Shown here: in pieces, positions 1 through 9,966 of the stretch | How the letters are laid out: every line of letters starts with the position of its first letter | How positions within the stretch are numbered: the first letter of the stretch is position 1 | Source: Ginkgo biloba | Taxonomy: Eukaryota; Plantae; Ginkgophyta | Direction: 5' to 3' | Assembly: GCA_024626585.2 (NCBI GenBank) | Contig: JANKJI020000001.1 | Span: 2,903,047 to 2,921,309, forward strand | DNA: 18,263 nucleotides | The notes under the pieces: model-generated | Told to the model about the DNA's origin: nothing | Seen by the model: the letters and a program-made list of their open reading frames with translations, nothing else | Database searches by the model: none | Translations under genes and position numbers: made by a program

Positions 1-149
1 CTTCCCTAACCATTCTACTAATAAAAAGGGGAAGGCCAAGGCTAATAAGAAAAATAAGTCTAAATACAAATGTGATTCTTCATCTTTTTCAAAAGAAGAG
101 AAAAATAATCATTCTAAGACAAACTGAAATAGAGGAAACAACTAACAAG

Positions 150-735
150 AATAAAAAGTATATTATTCTTTCATATATTCCAAAAAGTTTAGTTTGCGTC
201 CCATACATACAGTTCACCACAATTGTATGCACATAACAAGATCAGAGAATCCCTGTACCAACAAACAGAACCTCTGCAACTGGTTTATGCCATCAATCTG
301 AAGTAGGAATATCATATTGGGCAGGAAGCATCATTTGTCCCGCCAAATCTTCCCTTGATATATACTGCTGGTTTAAGTGCCTGTTTGAAACTGAACTGGA
401 GACTGAACAACTTCTAGGTAGCAGAGCTCTAATATTCAAGCAACCATATATAATGCCCTCTAAATTCAGATTCTCTTGCCAATCAAGTGTTCACAGAGTT
501 TGATATTGCACCACTTGTTGCCACTGCACTGACATGTCCAACAAGTAGGTGATAATCCATGTGTTTTCTTCAAAATTTGTGTTTCTAAAATATTGTGTGT
601 CTATCATAAAGAAATGGTTCTCACTTCTCCCACAAGGATTTCAGTTCCTGTTCATAATTGATTCTATTTTTATCAAATCCAACTACATCTCCCCATAACA
701 GCTTCACTGCGTCTGGCTTCAATATACTCGAGCTT
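150..735 (-). other. Probable 3' UTR of the OB-fold gene
   Basis: Non-repetitive sequence downstream of the stop codon, grading into a U-rich tract on the minus strand near 170-120. The poly(A) site cannot be determined from sequence. Confidence 0.45.
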
Positions 736-907
736 TCAGTCCACAACACTGACCAACTCGTATTCCACAGCAGAAAGGTTATTGTCTTCTTTGACTATAA
801 AGTTTGCAGGAGCAGCAACTTCCACTCTTCCCCATTTATCCACAGCAAGGCGCATTGTGCCCTTANNNNNNNNNNNNNNNNNGTTACCCCCTCCCTCATT
901 ATGTCAA
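736..907 (-). CDS. Coding exon 2 (terminal) of the At4g28440-like OB-fold protein, interrupted by an N gap
   Basis: Acceptor ...GCCATTGTATCAG| with AG at 909-908. TT completes the phase-1 codon G|TT (Val), giving VDIMREGVT-[gap 882-866]-KGTMRLAVDKWGRVEVAAPANFIVKEDNNLSAVEYELVSVVD and TGA at 738-736. This matches the family C-terminus KGxMRLAVDKWGR...VKEDNNLSxVEYELV. Absent from the ORF track. Confidence 0.93.
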
Positions 908-1012
908 CTGATACAATGGCATAAGAAGAAAAAAATTAGAAGCAACAAGAAGTGAAGGATCCCAATGTTGAGGTCTAATAGAGAACTTCCAACAAGAAAA
1001 GCACTATGATAA

Positions 1013-1252
1013 TCTATATCTATACTACTCTATAATTATTATAAAAATAAAGACTTTTCTTATTGGTTCAAAAATTCAACTATTAAATAAAAAATACACC
1101 ACTCCAACCCAAAAATAAGCATGTAACCCCTATGTAAATTTTAACTGTGGTTACCTCAATACTAACCGTCTTAGATCAAAATAATATTTAACATATTACT
1201 AAAATATTAAGATAATATATCATGGTAATTATTTATAATGGGTATATACTAG
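1013..1252 (+). mobile_element. Probable short non-autonomous Helitron, decayed, inside the intron
   Basis: Starts A|TCTATATCTATACTACTCTATAAT and ends GGGTATATACTAG|T, giving 5'-TC, 3'-CTAG and an A|T insertion site. The interior is very AT-rich. The subterminal CATGGTAAT...ATGGG could be a deaminated version of a CGTGGCAAC...ACGGG Helitron hairpin (inference). Confidence 0.5.
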
Positions 1253-2029
1253 TATTAATATAAAAAAAGTGGAATAGTGGCAATACTTACCAGTTGTTTC
1301 TAATCCAGAGGTAATTGGAATCAATCACATGGAAACTACCATTTAGATTCATAACATTTAACTGTCAAGCTCCAATGCCAGAGGTCTTACTCGGCAAGGA
1401 ATGCAAACAGCTTCAAGCCACAGCTTACGGGCTCTAGATTAACTATTCTTAAGTTATATCCCATTCTTAAGGCAACAATTGCAATGAAAAGTAAAATATC
1501 GCCATTATGGAAAGAACCAACTTGCAAGATATCCAGTAGTGTTTTCAAACCAAATAAAATGAAAATATGCACAGAACCTTGTTCTTGGTTGAACTTGAAT
1601 GAAGAGCTATTGGCCTGGGCTCATTTGTTCTCAAAATTTTAAAGAATTCTCAGCATTGTATTAAAAAGCATTTTCACTTTGATTAACTGCTTAGCAGTCT
1701 TAATCAAAAGTTTGATGTTAATTGGCCTTCTGAAACCTTTTATTCCAAATTAGGAAGCACTGACTCTGTACCGATCAAAGCCAATGGCAAAAGAGGAATG
1801 AAAAGTGAAAACACATTACTAATGAAATGCACAGCTGATTGCAAGATCTACTAGAGATGTCAAACAATAAGGACCTGGGAAAAGAATTTCACAAAATNNN
1901 NNNNNNNNNNNNNNNNNNNNNNNNNNNNNNNNNNNNNNNNNNNNNNNNNNNNNNNNNNNNNNNNNNNNNNNNNNNNNNNNNNNNNNNNNNNNNNNNNTTA
2001 TTTTTTTATGGAAACAAGATCTCTTTAAT

Positions 2030-2800
2030 GGAGATGACCCTATTTGAGTCATTGTATGTTCCTTCTTTGGAAATAATATGTCCAAGAAGATTTCCTTTAG
2101 TCACTCCAAAGATTTATTTCTTTAGATTTAGGGAGATAACACATTATTTGCACTTATGAGAAACTTGCTTCAGGTGCATCATATAATATTGATGATACTT
2201 TGAGAAAATAGTGAGGTCATCTAGGTAGACCACCACTATTCTCCCTATCAACTCTTCAAAATAAAAATCCATCACCCTCTATAAGGTGGTGCTAGAATTG
2301 ATCAATATATTTAAGATGAATGGCATCCTCTTATAGGAAAAGGTGTCCCAAATGGTAGGGAAATTTATTGTGTGCATGTCTTCCTTGGTGACCAAGACTT
2401 ATTTGTATCCTACAAAATTATCTAATAGAGACATCATATCTAATCTAGTCTTAGAATATAACAATTATTGAATTTAGGATAAAGGATAATTATCCTTTGG
2501 GTATTCCTTATTCAAATTCCTATAATTAATACAAATCCTTATATCTCCATTCTTTTTTATAACTATGACCAAATTCACTACCCAGGAAGAATGGCACACA
2601 AAAAAAAAATGATCCCTTCTTTATGTATCTTTTGGACTTCATGCCATATCACATCCTTAATTATGGGATTCACTAATCTAAATTTTATCCTAAGAGGCCT
2701 TGTCCTAGGCTTTAGGAGGATGGTATGCTTGATGACCTCTAGTTTTAACACATTTAGTCCATCATAATCCCAAGCCAAGATGTTTATGAACTCTCTACAA
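2030..2800 (-). pseudogene. Reverse transcriptase domain remnant (Ty3/Gypsy)
   Basis: Motifs read on the minus strand: ILAWDYDGL..IKHTILLKP; ICINYRNLNKEYPKDNYPL (PKDNYPL ~2501-2480); SLLDNFVGY; TFSYKRMPF; VVVYLDDLTIFS (YLDD at 2227-2216); ISLNLKK*IFGVTKGNLLGHIISKEG. Confidence 0.92.
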
Positions 2801-3247
2801 AGAGATAGGATTTAAATTTCTTCTTCTTTGGTGTAACATTCTCTAAGTAGGACCATCTTCAGGTTCTCTTTGTCTCCTATATTATGTTGCTTGGACTTTT
2901 GGATAGCCCATTTAGAGGATTCCTTTTGAGATAGTCCCATCTTGTAGGAGTTGTGAATATTGAACATATCTTCAAGTGAAATAAGATCTTTAAAAATCTT
3001 ATTTGTATTGAGTTGAATGATCCCTTCTTTCGTGGGCTCTTCAAATCCCCCATTAACAATATCTTCTTTGGAAGGGACATATTTGTTCCTATCATGGTGA
3101 TTATTCATAGAAATATTATTTATGACTAGTTTTGTAGGATCAAGAGGGAAAGAACTAGGGGCTTCTTCAAACATCAAATTGCTAGGACTTGGTTCCCCTA
3201 TTGCTTCCTCTATACTACCTAGGGTTGAGGCCTCATTAGCATGTATT

Positions 3248-3859
3248 CTAAAGCATCTCTTCCTTAGGTGAGGGGAAATTGAAAGGCCTCACTTTCCCAA
3301 CATGTATTAATCTTTCTTCAATAGTGGTTTTTGTTGTCGTTGTAGTTGTCAAGTCAGCAAGCAATTTATCTTTGACTACATACCTCATATTTGGGTCTAG
3401 TCCCTCTAAGAACCACTTTTTTTTCACTTCTACCACCAGCCAAGAATTTTAAGAAATTGAGCTTAGGACTCTGTCATATCTAGATATATAATCCTTGATA
3501 GTTTTCTTGTTCCCTTTATTTATAGTCGATAGCTCTTTAATTAAGATAGTATTGGACTTTTCTTGGAGAAACTTTGTCCTGAAGCACTACATAAGGGCAT
3601 CCTAACTAGTAATGAATCCATTAGGTAGGGACTGATACCACCATAATGATTTTGCTTCAAAATAATATACAAATAATCTCACAGCCACATTCTCTTGTGT
3701 GATATTGAAGTTTTCACATATGGCTATGAAGTTATCTAAGTGTTTCTCTCCCAAGGGAGAATTGTCTCCTTTAAATTTGAGACAAATATCCCATTCTTTA
3801 TCAGGGATGTCATTTAGATGTCCTCCCAGGTTAAGGGGGTAACCCATTCTCCAAGGCAT
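3248..3859 (-). pseudogene. Retrotransposon gag remnant
   Basis: PLNL..LNDIP...KFKGD....EKHLDNF...ENVAVRLFV......LWWYQSLPNGFITS*DAL, with TAG at the conserved Trp. After frameshifts it continues as KKWFLEGLDPNMRYVVKDK...TIEERLIHVGK, resembling the plant retrotransposon gag capsid region. Confidence 0.82.
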
Positions 3860-4213
3860 AAAAACTTATATTTTAGGAGGTGAATTTAGTAAAGGGGAAG
3901 AAGGTAGGGGATGCATTAATTTGGATGGGAAAGAATAAATTTGGCTGAGTAAATGGGCTCTAGGATGTAAAGATGAGGAAAAATTCTAGGCTAAGGGCCT
4001 TAGATCCTTGTACATGTTAAAATAAAAAATCTCTAGAGAAGAGGAAACTCTCTTAATGATTGGATATCTTTTCTTTGTATATGGAGGAGACCTTTGGAAA
4101 GGCTATATTACACCTTGAGTTCTCTATGATCTTATGTAGGTCCTCCTAGCAACTAAGTTGTTGATACTAACTAGTTTGTTGACCAATCAATAACTGAAAA
4201 ACTTTATAACTCA

Positions 4214-4231
4214 TCCCAAGTATGGTCACTA
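4214..4231 (-). other. Decayed primer-binding-site-like motif
   Basis: TAGTGACCATACTTGGGA immediately 3' of the candidate LTR. It matches 12/18 of an Ogre/Tat-type TGGCGACTCTGCTGGGGA PBS recalled from memory, and most mismatches are transitions. Confidence 0.35.
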
Positions 4232-4235
4232 GTTC

Positions 4236-4652
4236 TATTTATGATCATTCTTAGGACTTAGAGTAGAAAGGGTGGATAAGGCTAAAACTACTACAACTTA
4301 GAGAAATAATTCCAAGACCACATAATAGTAAGGGGTATTAAGACCCTCCAACTTTAAAAGTTGTAGTTCCCTTATTATAAAAGAATAAATAAAACGTGAA
4401 GAGGAATTAACGATATTCACATTGGATATACAATATTTTTTAAAAAGAGTGGGTCTAGCTTAATGCCAAGCAATAAAAGGAAACAAAAAGAGGAAAGGCA
4501 AGTAAAATGATAATAACTAAAGGGAAACTCTTAATCTTCCATATGGCACACTACAGTAAAACGAGCTCTTCAGACCAAAGGAAGGCCCGGCCCATGAATT
4601 CCATCATTCATTTCTACTCATTCTTAGACTATTCCTTGATGCACTCTAAACA
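4236..4652 (-). repeat. Candidate 5' LTR (~417 bp) of the intronic Gypsy element
   Basis: The minus strand starts TGTTTAGAGTGCA and ends GATCATAAATA, i.e. TGTTTA...TAAA(C>T)A terminal inverted repeats. It is followed after 4 nt by a PBS-like 18-mer. No second LTR copy is visible to confirm the boundaries. Confidence 0.55.
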
Positions 4653-5669
4653 ATCAGTTACCCCTGGAAATCAAATTTAAATACGGCAATACCTTTCAGA
4701 GGCCATCTTATTTGTCATATAAGGTCTCCGAATTTTTTTTGGTCTTTCAAACGAAGTCACAATTAGATATTTTTAATGTCGAAAGAAGGGCATAGTATGA
4801 ATAAATTTTCATATTTATAGCTTACTCATTCGTTTCCAATATCGTTTTGAAGAGGAATAAAAGTATTCATACTATTTAATTTGACAATTTATAATAGAAA
4901 TATCCCTTCCAAGGAAGGAGGACCCAAGAATAATCAAAATAGACTTATTAGGAGGCAAGGCAGTTATTGGCTTCCTCTTCGAACCAAGTGTTTATATGTA
5001 GAGTTTTGATTCCCACCCACAGCAGAGGCACATAAGATTGAGCCCTACGACAATTTTAACAAGTTAGACAAACTTTGNNNNNNNNNNNNNNNNNNNNNNN
5101 NNNNNNNNNNNNNNNNNNNNNNNNNNNNNNNNNNNNNNNNNNNNNNNNNNNNNNNNNNNNNNNNNNNNNNNNNNNAATCCCAACCTATCAAATAAAATTA
5201 GCTGACAGCTTAGGAGAAAGCAATGGAATCAGCCTATCCAGTATCCGAATCATCAATTTCAGTTCACCGTTAATAAATTGGCGCCGCTCTTTAGAAAAAT
5301 ACGAGATCCTTGATGGAGTGTGTTCCATATAAACAATAGATAGGGTATCTGATAGGCAAACCAATCCTCGAATAGCAATTTGCATGTCAAAAAACAGGCG
5401 TAACAACGAGGCAGTGACAGATCAATGTTAAACCTATGTTGCAGAGGGGGAAAGGAACAGGATGTCAATGAAGCCTGTAAAGCAATAATACCAAGCCTTT
5501 GCTGCTGCTTCCTTTTAGGAGCTTAAAAATCTGTGAGACACGAACCTCGCTGCTCACACAATTCCTAAATTTAGGATCAATCGTAAAACGAAGTAAAACA
5601 AGTAGATGCTTCGAAACTCTCATTCCTAGGTTTTTTGCATAATTTGATAAATTCGGACAGAATTCAGAC

Positions 5670-5892
5670 CTTGCTCATTTCTAGCAGTAAAAATGATGAC
5701 ACCAGTATCGTCTCCGACGACGCACTCTGCGATGCGAACGTGACGAAGCTGATTGCCATTGGGACGCGCCCTCTGCAGTACCAGCTTCGAACTCACGACC
5801 TTCACAACCAGTGTATGGCCTGATGTCCCCGGCGTCAGCTCATCCACCTTCACGAACACTGGCTTCTTCAAATTAGCCTTCGGGGCTGCCAT
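5670..5892 (-). CDS. Coding exon 1 of a small OB-fold nucleic-acid-binding protein, At4g28440-like family
   Basis: ATG at 5892-5890. Translation MAAPKANLKKPVFVKVDELTPGTSGHTLVVKVV...RIAECVVGDDTGVIIFTARNEQ matches the family pattern KPVFxKVxxLxPGTxGHTL...ECLVGDETGxIxFTARNxQ. The exon is 223 nt (74 codons + 1) and ends CAA G|GTCTGA, with the GT donor at 5669-5668. The ORF-track extensions on either side are UTR or intron. Confidence 0.93.
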
Positions 5893-6345
5893 GCCGATCG
5901 ATTTATACCTCCTGATCACAGATCGACTCCTGCACAAACCTGGATGAACAAATTTTCGATCAAACTATGGAGAATTCGGAACCCAGAAGCATTGGAACCT
6001 GAGAAACACAATGCTACAAACGCCCAGTCTAGCCGATACTCCAACACAGCGAAAAGGTGATCGATCGGAAAATGGTTTCACACACCGCCAAACCCTCTCT
6101 CCATGCCTTTGTATCTACCTCGTCTTCTTCCCTTTACGTTCGCGACGAGCAATCAGATCCGTCCGATGCCTTAATCGACGACTGACAATATTTTCAATGG
6201 TAACCGCTGATCTGTTTCATCGGACGGTTGTTACTCAGAGATGCTTATGCTTTTCTTTCTCGTTAGTCCATTATATCTAAGTATCGAAATTGGACGACAT
6301 CTCACTTACTCCGGGCCGTCGACACGAGAGATTGTGGCCGTCCAT
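5893..6345 (-). promoter_or_regulatory. 5' UTR and CpG-retaining proximal promoter of the OB-fold gene
   Basis: CpG-rich relative to flanking TE DNA. Contains a GA-rich minus-strand leader (~6135-6090), repeated GACGG/CCGTC motifs and several YAG acceptor-like sites 5' of the ATG. Confidence 0.6.
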
Positions 6346-6411
6346 TTTATTTTTGGCTTTAAAGTTATGGTATTTTATTTTGGCTTTAAAGATATAGTAT
6401 TTTCTTTTTGG
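6344..6411. repeat. Tandem repeat, ~27-28 bp unit, about 2.5 copies
   Basis: ATTTTATTTTTGGCTTTAAAGTTATGGT / ATTTTATTTTGGCTTTAAAGATATAGT / ATTTTCTTTTTGG. Confidence 0.85.
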
Positions 6412-7049
6412 TTGAAATGATGTTACCTAAACTACTTTTATGATTCGGTTCTTTAGAATATTTATCTCTTATGACGTTCTTTTATGGTTGAACACTTTGG
6501 TTTCACTTTGCCCAAGGACTTTTTTTCGGTCCAAAGGGATGCGTTACGCCTACAATCCATCCATTGAGTTCCAACCACACCAACTTGTTGATTCTACTTT
6601 CTTTTTTATTGAAACAAGACATGAGACATAGACTTAGTGCATTACCTATGCCCACAAAAAAAAGGATTTTAAAAGTGTTAGTGCGTTAAAAACATATATA
6701 ATAGCAATGCCACTTGTTATGTCTGAATATTACAACAAGGAGTTGGGGTTATAGAAAATTACTTTGTTTACTAGTCTAATCAATCCTAGANNNNNNNNNN
6801 NNNNNNNNNNNNTGTATTAGGATTGTTAGAGGCTAGTCATAAGTTCAAATTTATAGAAGTGCTACACATGATATATTGCAATGTCCTTATGAACATGACC
6901 TGATAAATTTCTCAATCAGTATAGACATTGGTGTGGTGAATATGAACAAAAGTATATTTAATGGCATTGTAATTTGATGTATAGTTTCATCTTTCCATCG
7001 TCTCTCACTCGATGTATTTCCAACTTGCTAATTTAATAAAATAGATTTT

Positions 7050-7530
7050 AAAATCCCCATGGGTTGAATCATATTCAAAGCCCTTTATGGACTCCATGTT
7101 GTAGTTGGCATCATTGAATGGAGTCCCCAATTATGCATTGCACCTAGTCATGCACTTTAATACTGTGTTCAAGCAACACTAATCACACCCATACACAGAC
7201 CTTAAGAGATATGTGTGGGGTATGTGTGTAAAGACCCAACACTTATGGGTGGCTACTCTTACATCAAAATAGAGGCTCTAATACTTTTGTAAGTTTAACC
7301 TAGGTTATCTTCTTTTACCTTAAACAAAATGATTTGACATAAAGCTTTCTTATCACAAAAAAGAAATATAATCTACACAAAATGAACGACATATGGCATA
7401 ATCCTATTTAACAAAGTTATTTGCCACCAATAGGGGAAGTCGATATTACTTCTAAATGCTACTTTATGTGCATAATCTTTCACCAAGGCCTTATAATAAA
7501 AGGGAGATTAATGAAAACAATCTCTACAAA
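7050..7530 (-). mobile_element. Possible non-autonomous LTR element remnant with a decayed tRNAi-Met PBS
   Basis: Plus-strand GCTCTAATACTT (7275-7286) resembles GCTCTGATACCA, the reverse complement of the PBS TGGTATCAGAGC. It lies next to TGTAAG at 7288, a plausible LTR terminus. No coding remnants were recognised and the boundaries are approximate. Confidence 0.4.
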
Positions 7531-9966
7531 NNNNNNNNNNNNNNNNNNNNNNNNNNNNNNNNNNNNNNNNNNNNNNNNNNNNNNNNNNNNNNNNNNNNNN
7601 NNNNNNNNNNNNNNNNNNNNNNNNNNNNNNNNNNNNNNNNNNNNNNNNNNNNNNNNNNNNNNNNNNNNNNNNNNNNNNNNNNNNNNNNNNNNNNNNNNNN
7701 NNNNNNNNNNNNNNNNNNNNNNNNNNNNNNNNNNNNNNNNNNNNNNNNNNNNNNNNNNNNNNNNNNNNNNNNNNNNNNNNNNNNNNNNNNNNNNNNNNNN
7801 NNNNNNNNNNNNNNNNNNNNNNNNNNNNNNNNNNNNNNNNNNNNNNNNNNNNNNNNNNNNNNNNNNNNNNNNNNNNNNNNNNNNNNNNNNNNNNNNNNNN
7901 NNNNNNNNNNNNNNNNNNNNNNNNNNNNNNNNNNNNNNNNNNNNNNNNNNNNNNNNNNNNNNNNNNNNNNNNNNNNNNNNNNNNNNNNNNNNNNNNNNNN
8001 NNNNNNNNNNNNNNNNNNNNNNNNNNNNNNNNNNNNNNNNNNNNNNNNNNNNNNNNNNNNNNNNNNNNNNNNNNNNNNNNNNNNNNNNNNNNNNNNNNNN
8101 NNNNNNNNNNNNNNNNNNNNNNNNNNNNNNNNNNNNNNNNNNNNNNNNNNNNNNNNNNNNNNNNNNNNNNNNAAACATACACATATTGAAGTAAACACAT
8201 AAGAAGCCTTGTTACATATTATCTCCATCTACACTTGGAATGTGATTAGGGATATATTACCAATTGGATAAGAAACAACAAAGGCGACAAAATAATGGCT
8301 CAACTTAGGGAATATATCCTTAATTCTGTCAACGATGTAGAATGTGTAGTTGTTTTAATTTATAATCAATTATATGAATAACAAGATTTATATGTGCATG
8401 GGCTAGAAGTAGATGAGTATGATTTGTAACTCCATATATCGAATGAGAATTTTGTATTTATAAATATCTTTGCACAAAGTCCAACTTTTATTTGTCCAAC
8501 TTTACTTGAAGTTAGTAAACTTAAGGTCATGTATTTGTGCATAAATGAGATCACCCATTATTTTTAGGAGTTAATTACAATATAACAAGATGATTTTCTT
8601 AAAGTGCCTCACTAGGTCCTTTACAAAAACATCAAAACTTGAATAATTTAGTTAGCTTTATTTTGACTTAGACTTAATAGATTTGCTCACAAAACTCAAT
8701 GCAAAAGCAACAAATGATCATGTTCTACATTATCTTAAATTAACTACTTGTAGGAAATGAGTGGTATAAATGGGCAATCCTTTACCTTCTGTATAATTCA
8801 ATATACGAGCATTTTGTGATAGACATGTGTGGGGAAAAAAAATATTGTCATTATTGTTAGGTGTAATACGAAAGGACAATGGGTGTAACTTTTTATTTAT
8901 GTAAATAGATGTATGACATTGTTAATGTCTGAAAACAAACCAATATCACTTGAAGAAAACTTCATGGAACTAAAAAATCTTCCTGTTCACTTAATTTCTC
9001 ACTACTAAACTATGTAGTACAAAATATATACCTATAACTTGCCCTAGATAAAATCCAAATTTCAACTTATGGCATATAAAATTAAACCATTTAAATATAA
9101 ATGCAAGTTCATCCAACATGTTTTGCTTAAAATAAGATCGTTAGTAGATGAGTTTAAAAGTTCAATAATAACTTGCATAAATATGCAATTGTTTAGAGGA
9201 GAAACTAAGGAAATGTGAGCAATCAAGAGTCGTGACTTTTACTTTATGGACCTTTTTAACACAAATGGAGACTCTTTATGAATGTGCTAAAAAACACTTC
9301 AATTGATATAAGTTAGTCTTCAAATTGAGATCTTTTGTAACTCTAATGTACAAGTGAAGTGAGGTATTAAGCATCACAAAGCATTCTTTCTTAATGTATA
9401 GTATGGAAACAAATTTTTAAGTGTGACAAAGCATTCTTCTTCAATGAATTATAGGTTAGGTTCAAAGTAGGTATAAAGTTGTAACATAAGCATTTGTGAA
9501 TTATTACATCATGAATTCAACCAATTAAGGATGTAGGGACATTCGTCTTATGTTCCCNNNNNNNNNNATATGTGAAGTATCACATATGTTTTTGTAGTTT
9601 TAGTTTAAGTTGGTAGACTTGGTGATGTGAAAAGACAATCATTTATCATCTTTCTATCTTTGTATGAGTATTTTGCCACCAATAAAAAGGACATAAATAT
9701 TATTTTTATTGTTAGATGTAATATAAAATGATAATTATCTATCATTGTAGATTGCTTAATAATTACATAAATGGTATAAGATCAACACCTCTTATTATTG
9801 AAGCAATTAAAGGGCATACTAAGGTGGTGGATGGAGAAGTAGGACATTGTTAAGGGCAATTGTAATNNNNNNNNNNNNNNNNNNNNNNNNNNNNNNNNNN
9901 NNNNNNNNNNNNNNNNNNNNNNNNNNNNNNNNNNNNNNNNNNNNNNNNNNNNNNNNNNNNNNNNNN

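Larger units (their letters stand above)
1998..4652 (-). mobile_element. Degenerate Ty3/Gypsy LTR retrotransposon (non-chromovirus, Tat/Ogre-like), 5' half, same orientation as the host gene
   Basis: Order on the minus strand is LTR (4652-4236), PBS-like site (4231-4214), gag (~3860-3250), pre-RT spacer (3177-2812), RT (~2800-2030). It has many stops and frameshifts. The 3' part runs into the N gap at 1898-1997. Confidence 0.9.
908..5669 (-). other. Phase-1 GT-AG intron of the OB-fold gene (4762 nt as assembled, including two N gaps)
   Basis: GT at 5669-5668 and AG at 909-908. Splicing restores the in-frame family motif FTARNEQ-VD-IM. Confidence 0.9.

Noticed and set aside
658-924. 88-aa plus-strand ORF
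   Set aside because: Antisense shadow of exon 2 of the OB-fold gene.
5635-5947. Plus-strand ORFs 5635-5823 and 5753-5947
   Set aside because: Antisense shadows of the OB-fold exon 1.
6011-6280. 89-aa plus-strand ORF as a divergent small gene
   Set aside because: It overlaps the GC-richer leader and promoter, where stop-free frames arise by chance, and shows no recognisable motif.
7421-8228. Long ORFs of 230-257 aa in the ORF track
   Set aside because: Almost entirely X, translated from the N gap at 7531-8172.
8600-8645. Minus-strand FDVFVKDL resembling the Copia RNase H motif ADIFTKxL
   Set aside because: Weak isolated match with no neighbouring Copia motifs recognised.
9376-9440. 13-bp direct repeat ACAAAGCATTCTT spaced 50 nt apart
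   Set aside because: Probably an old degenerate local duplication with no further structure.
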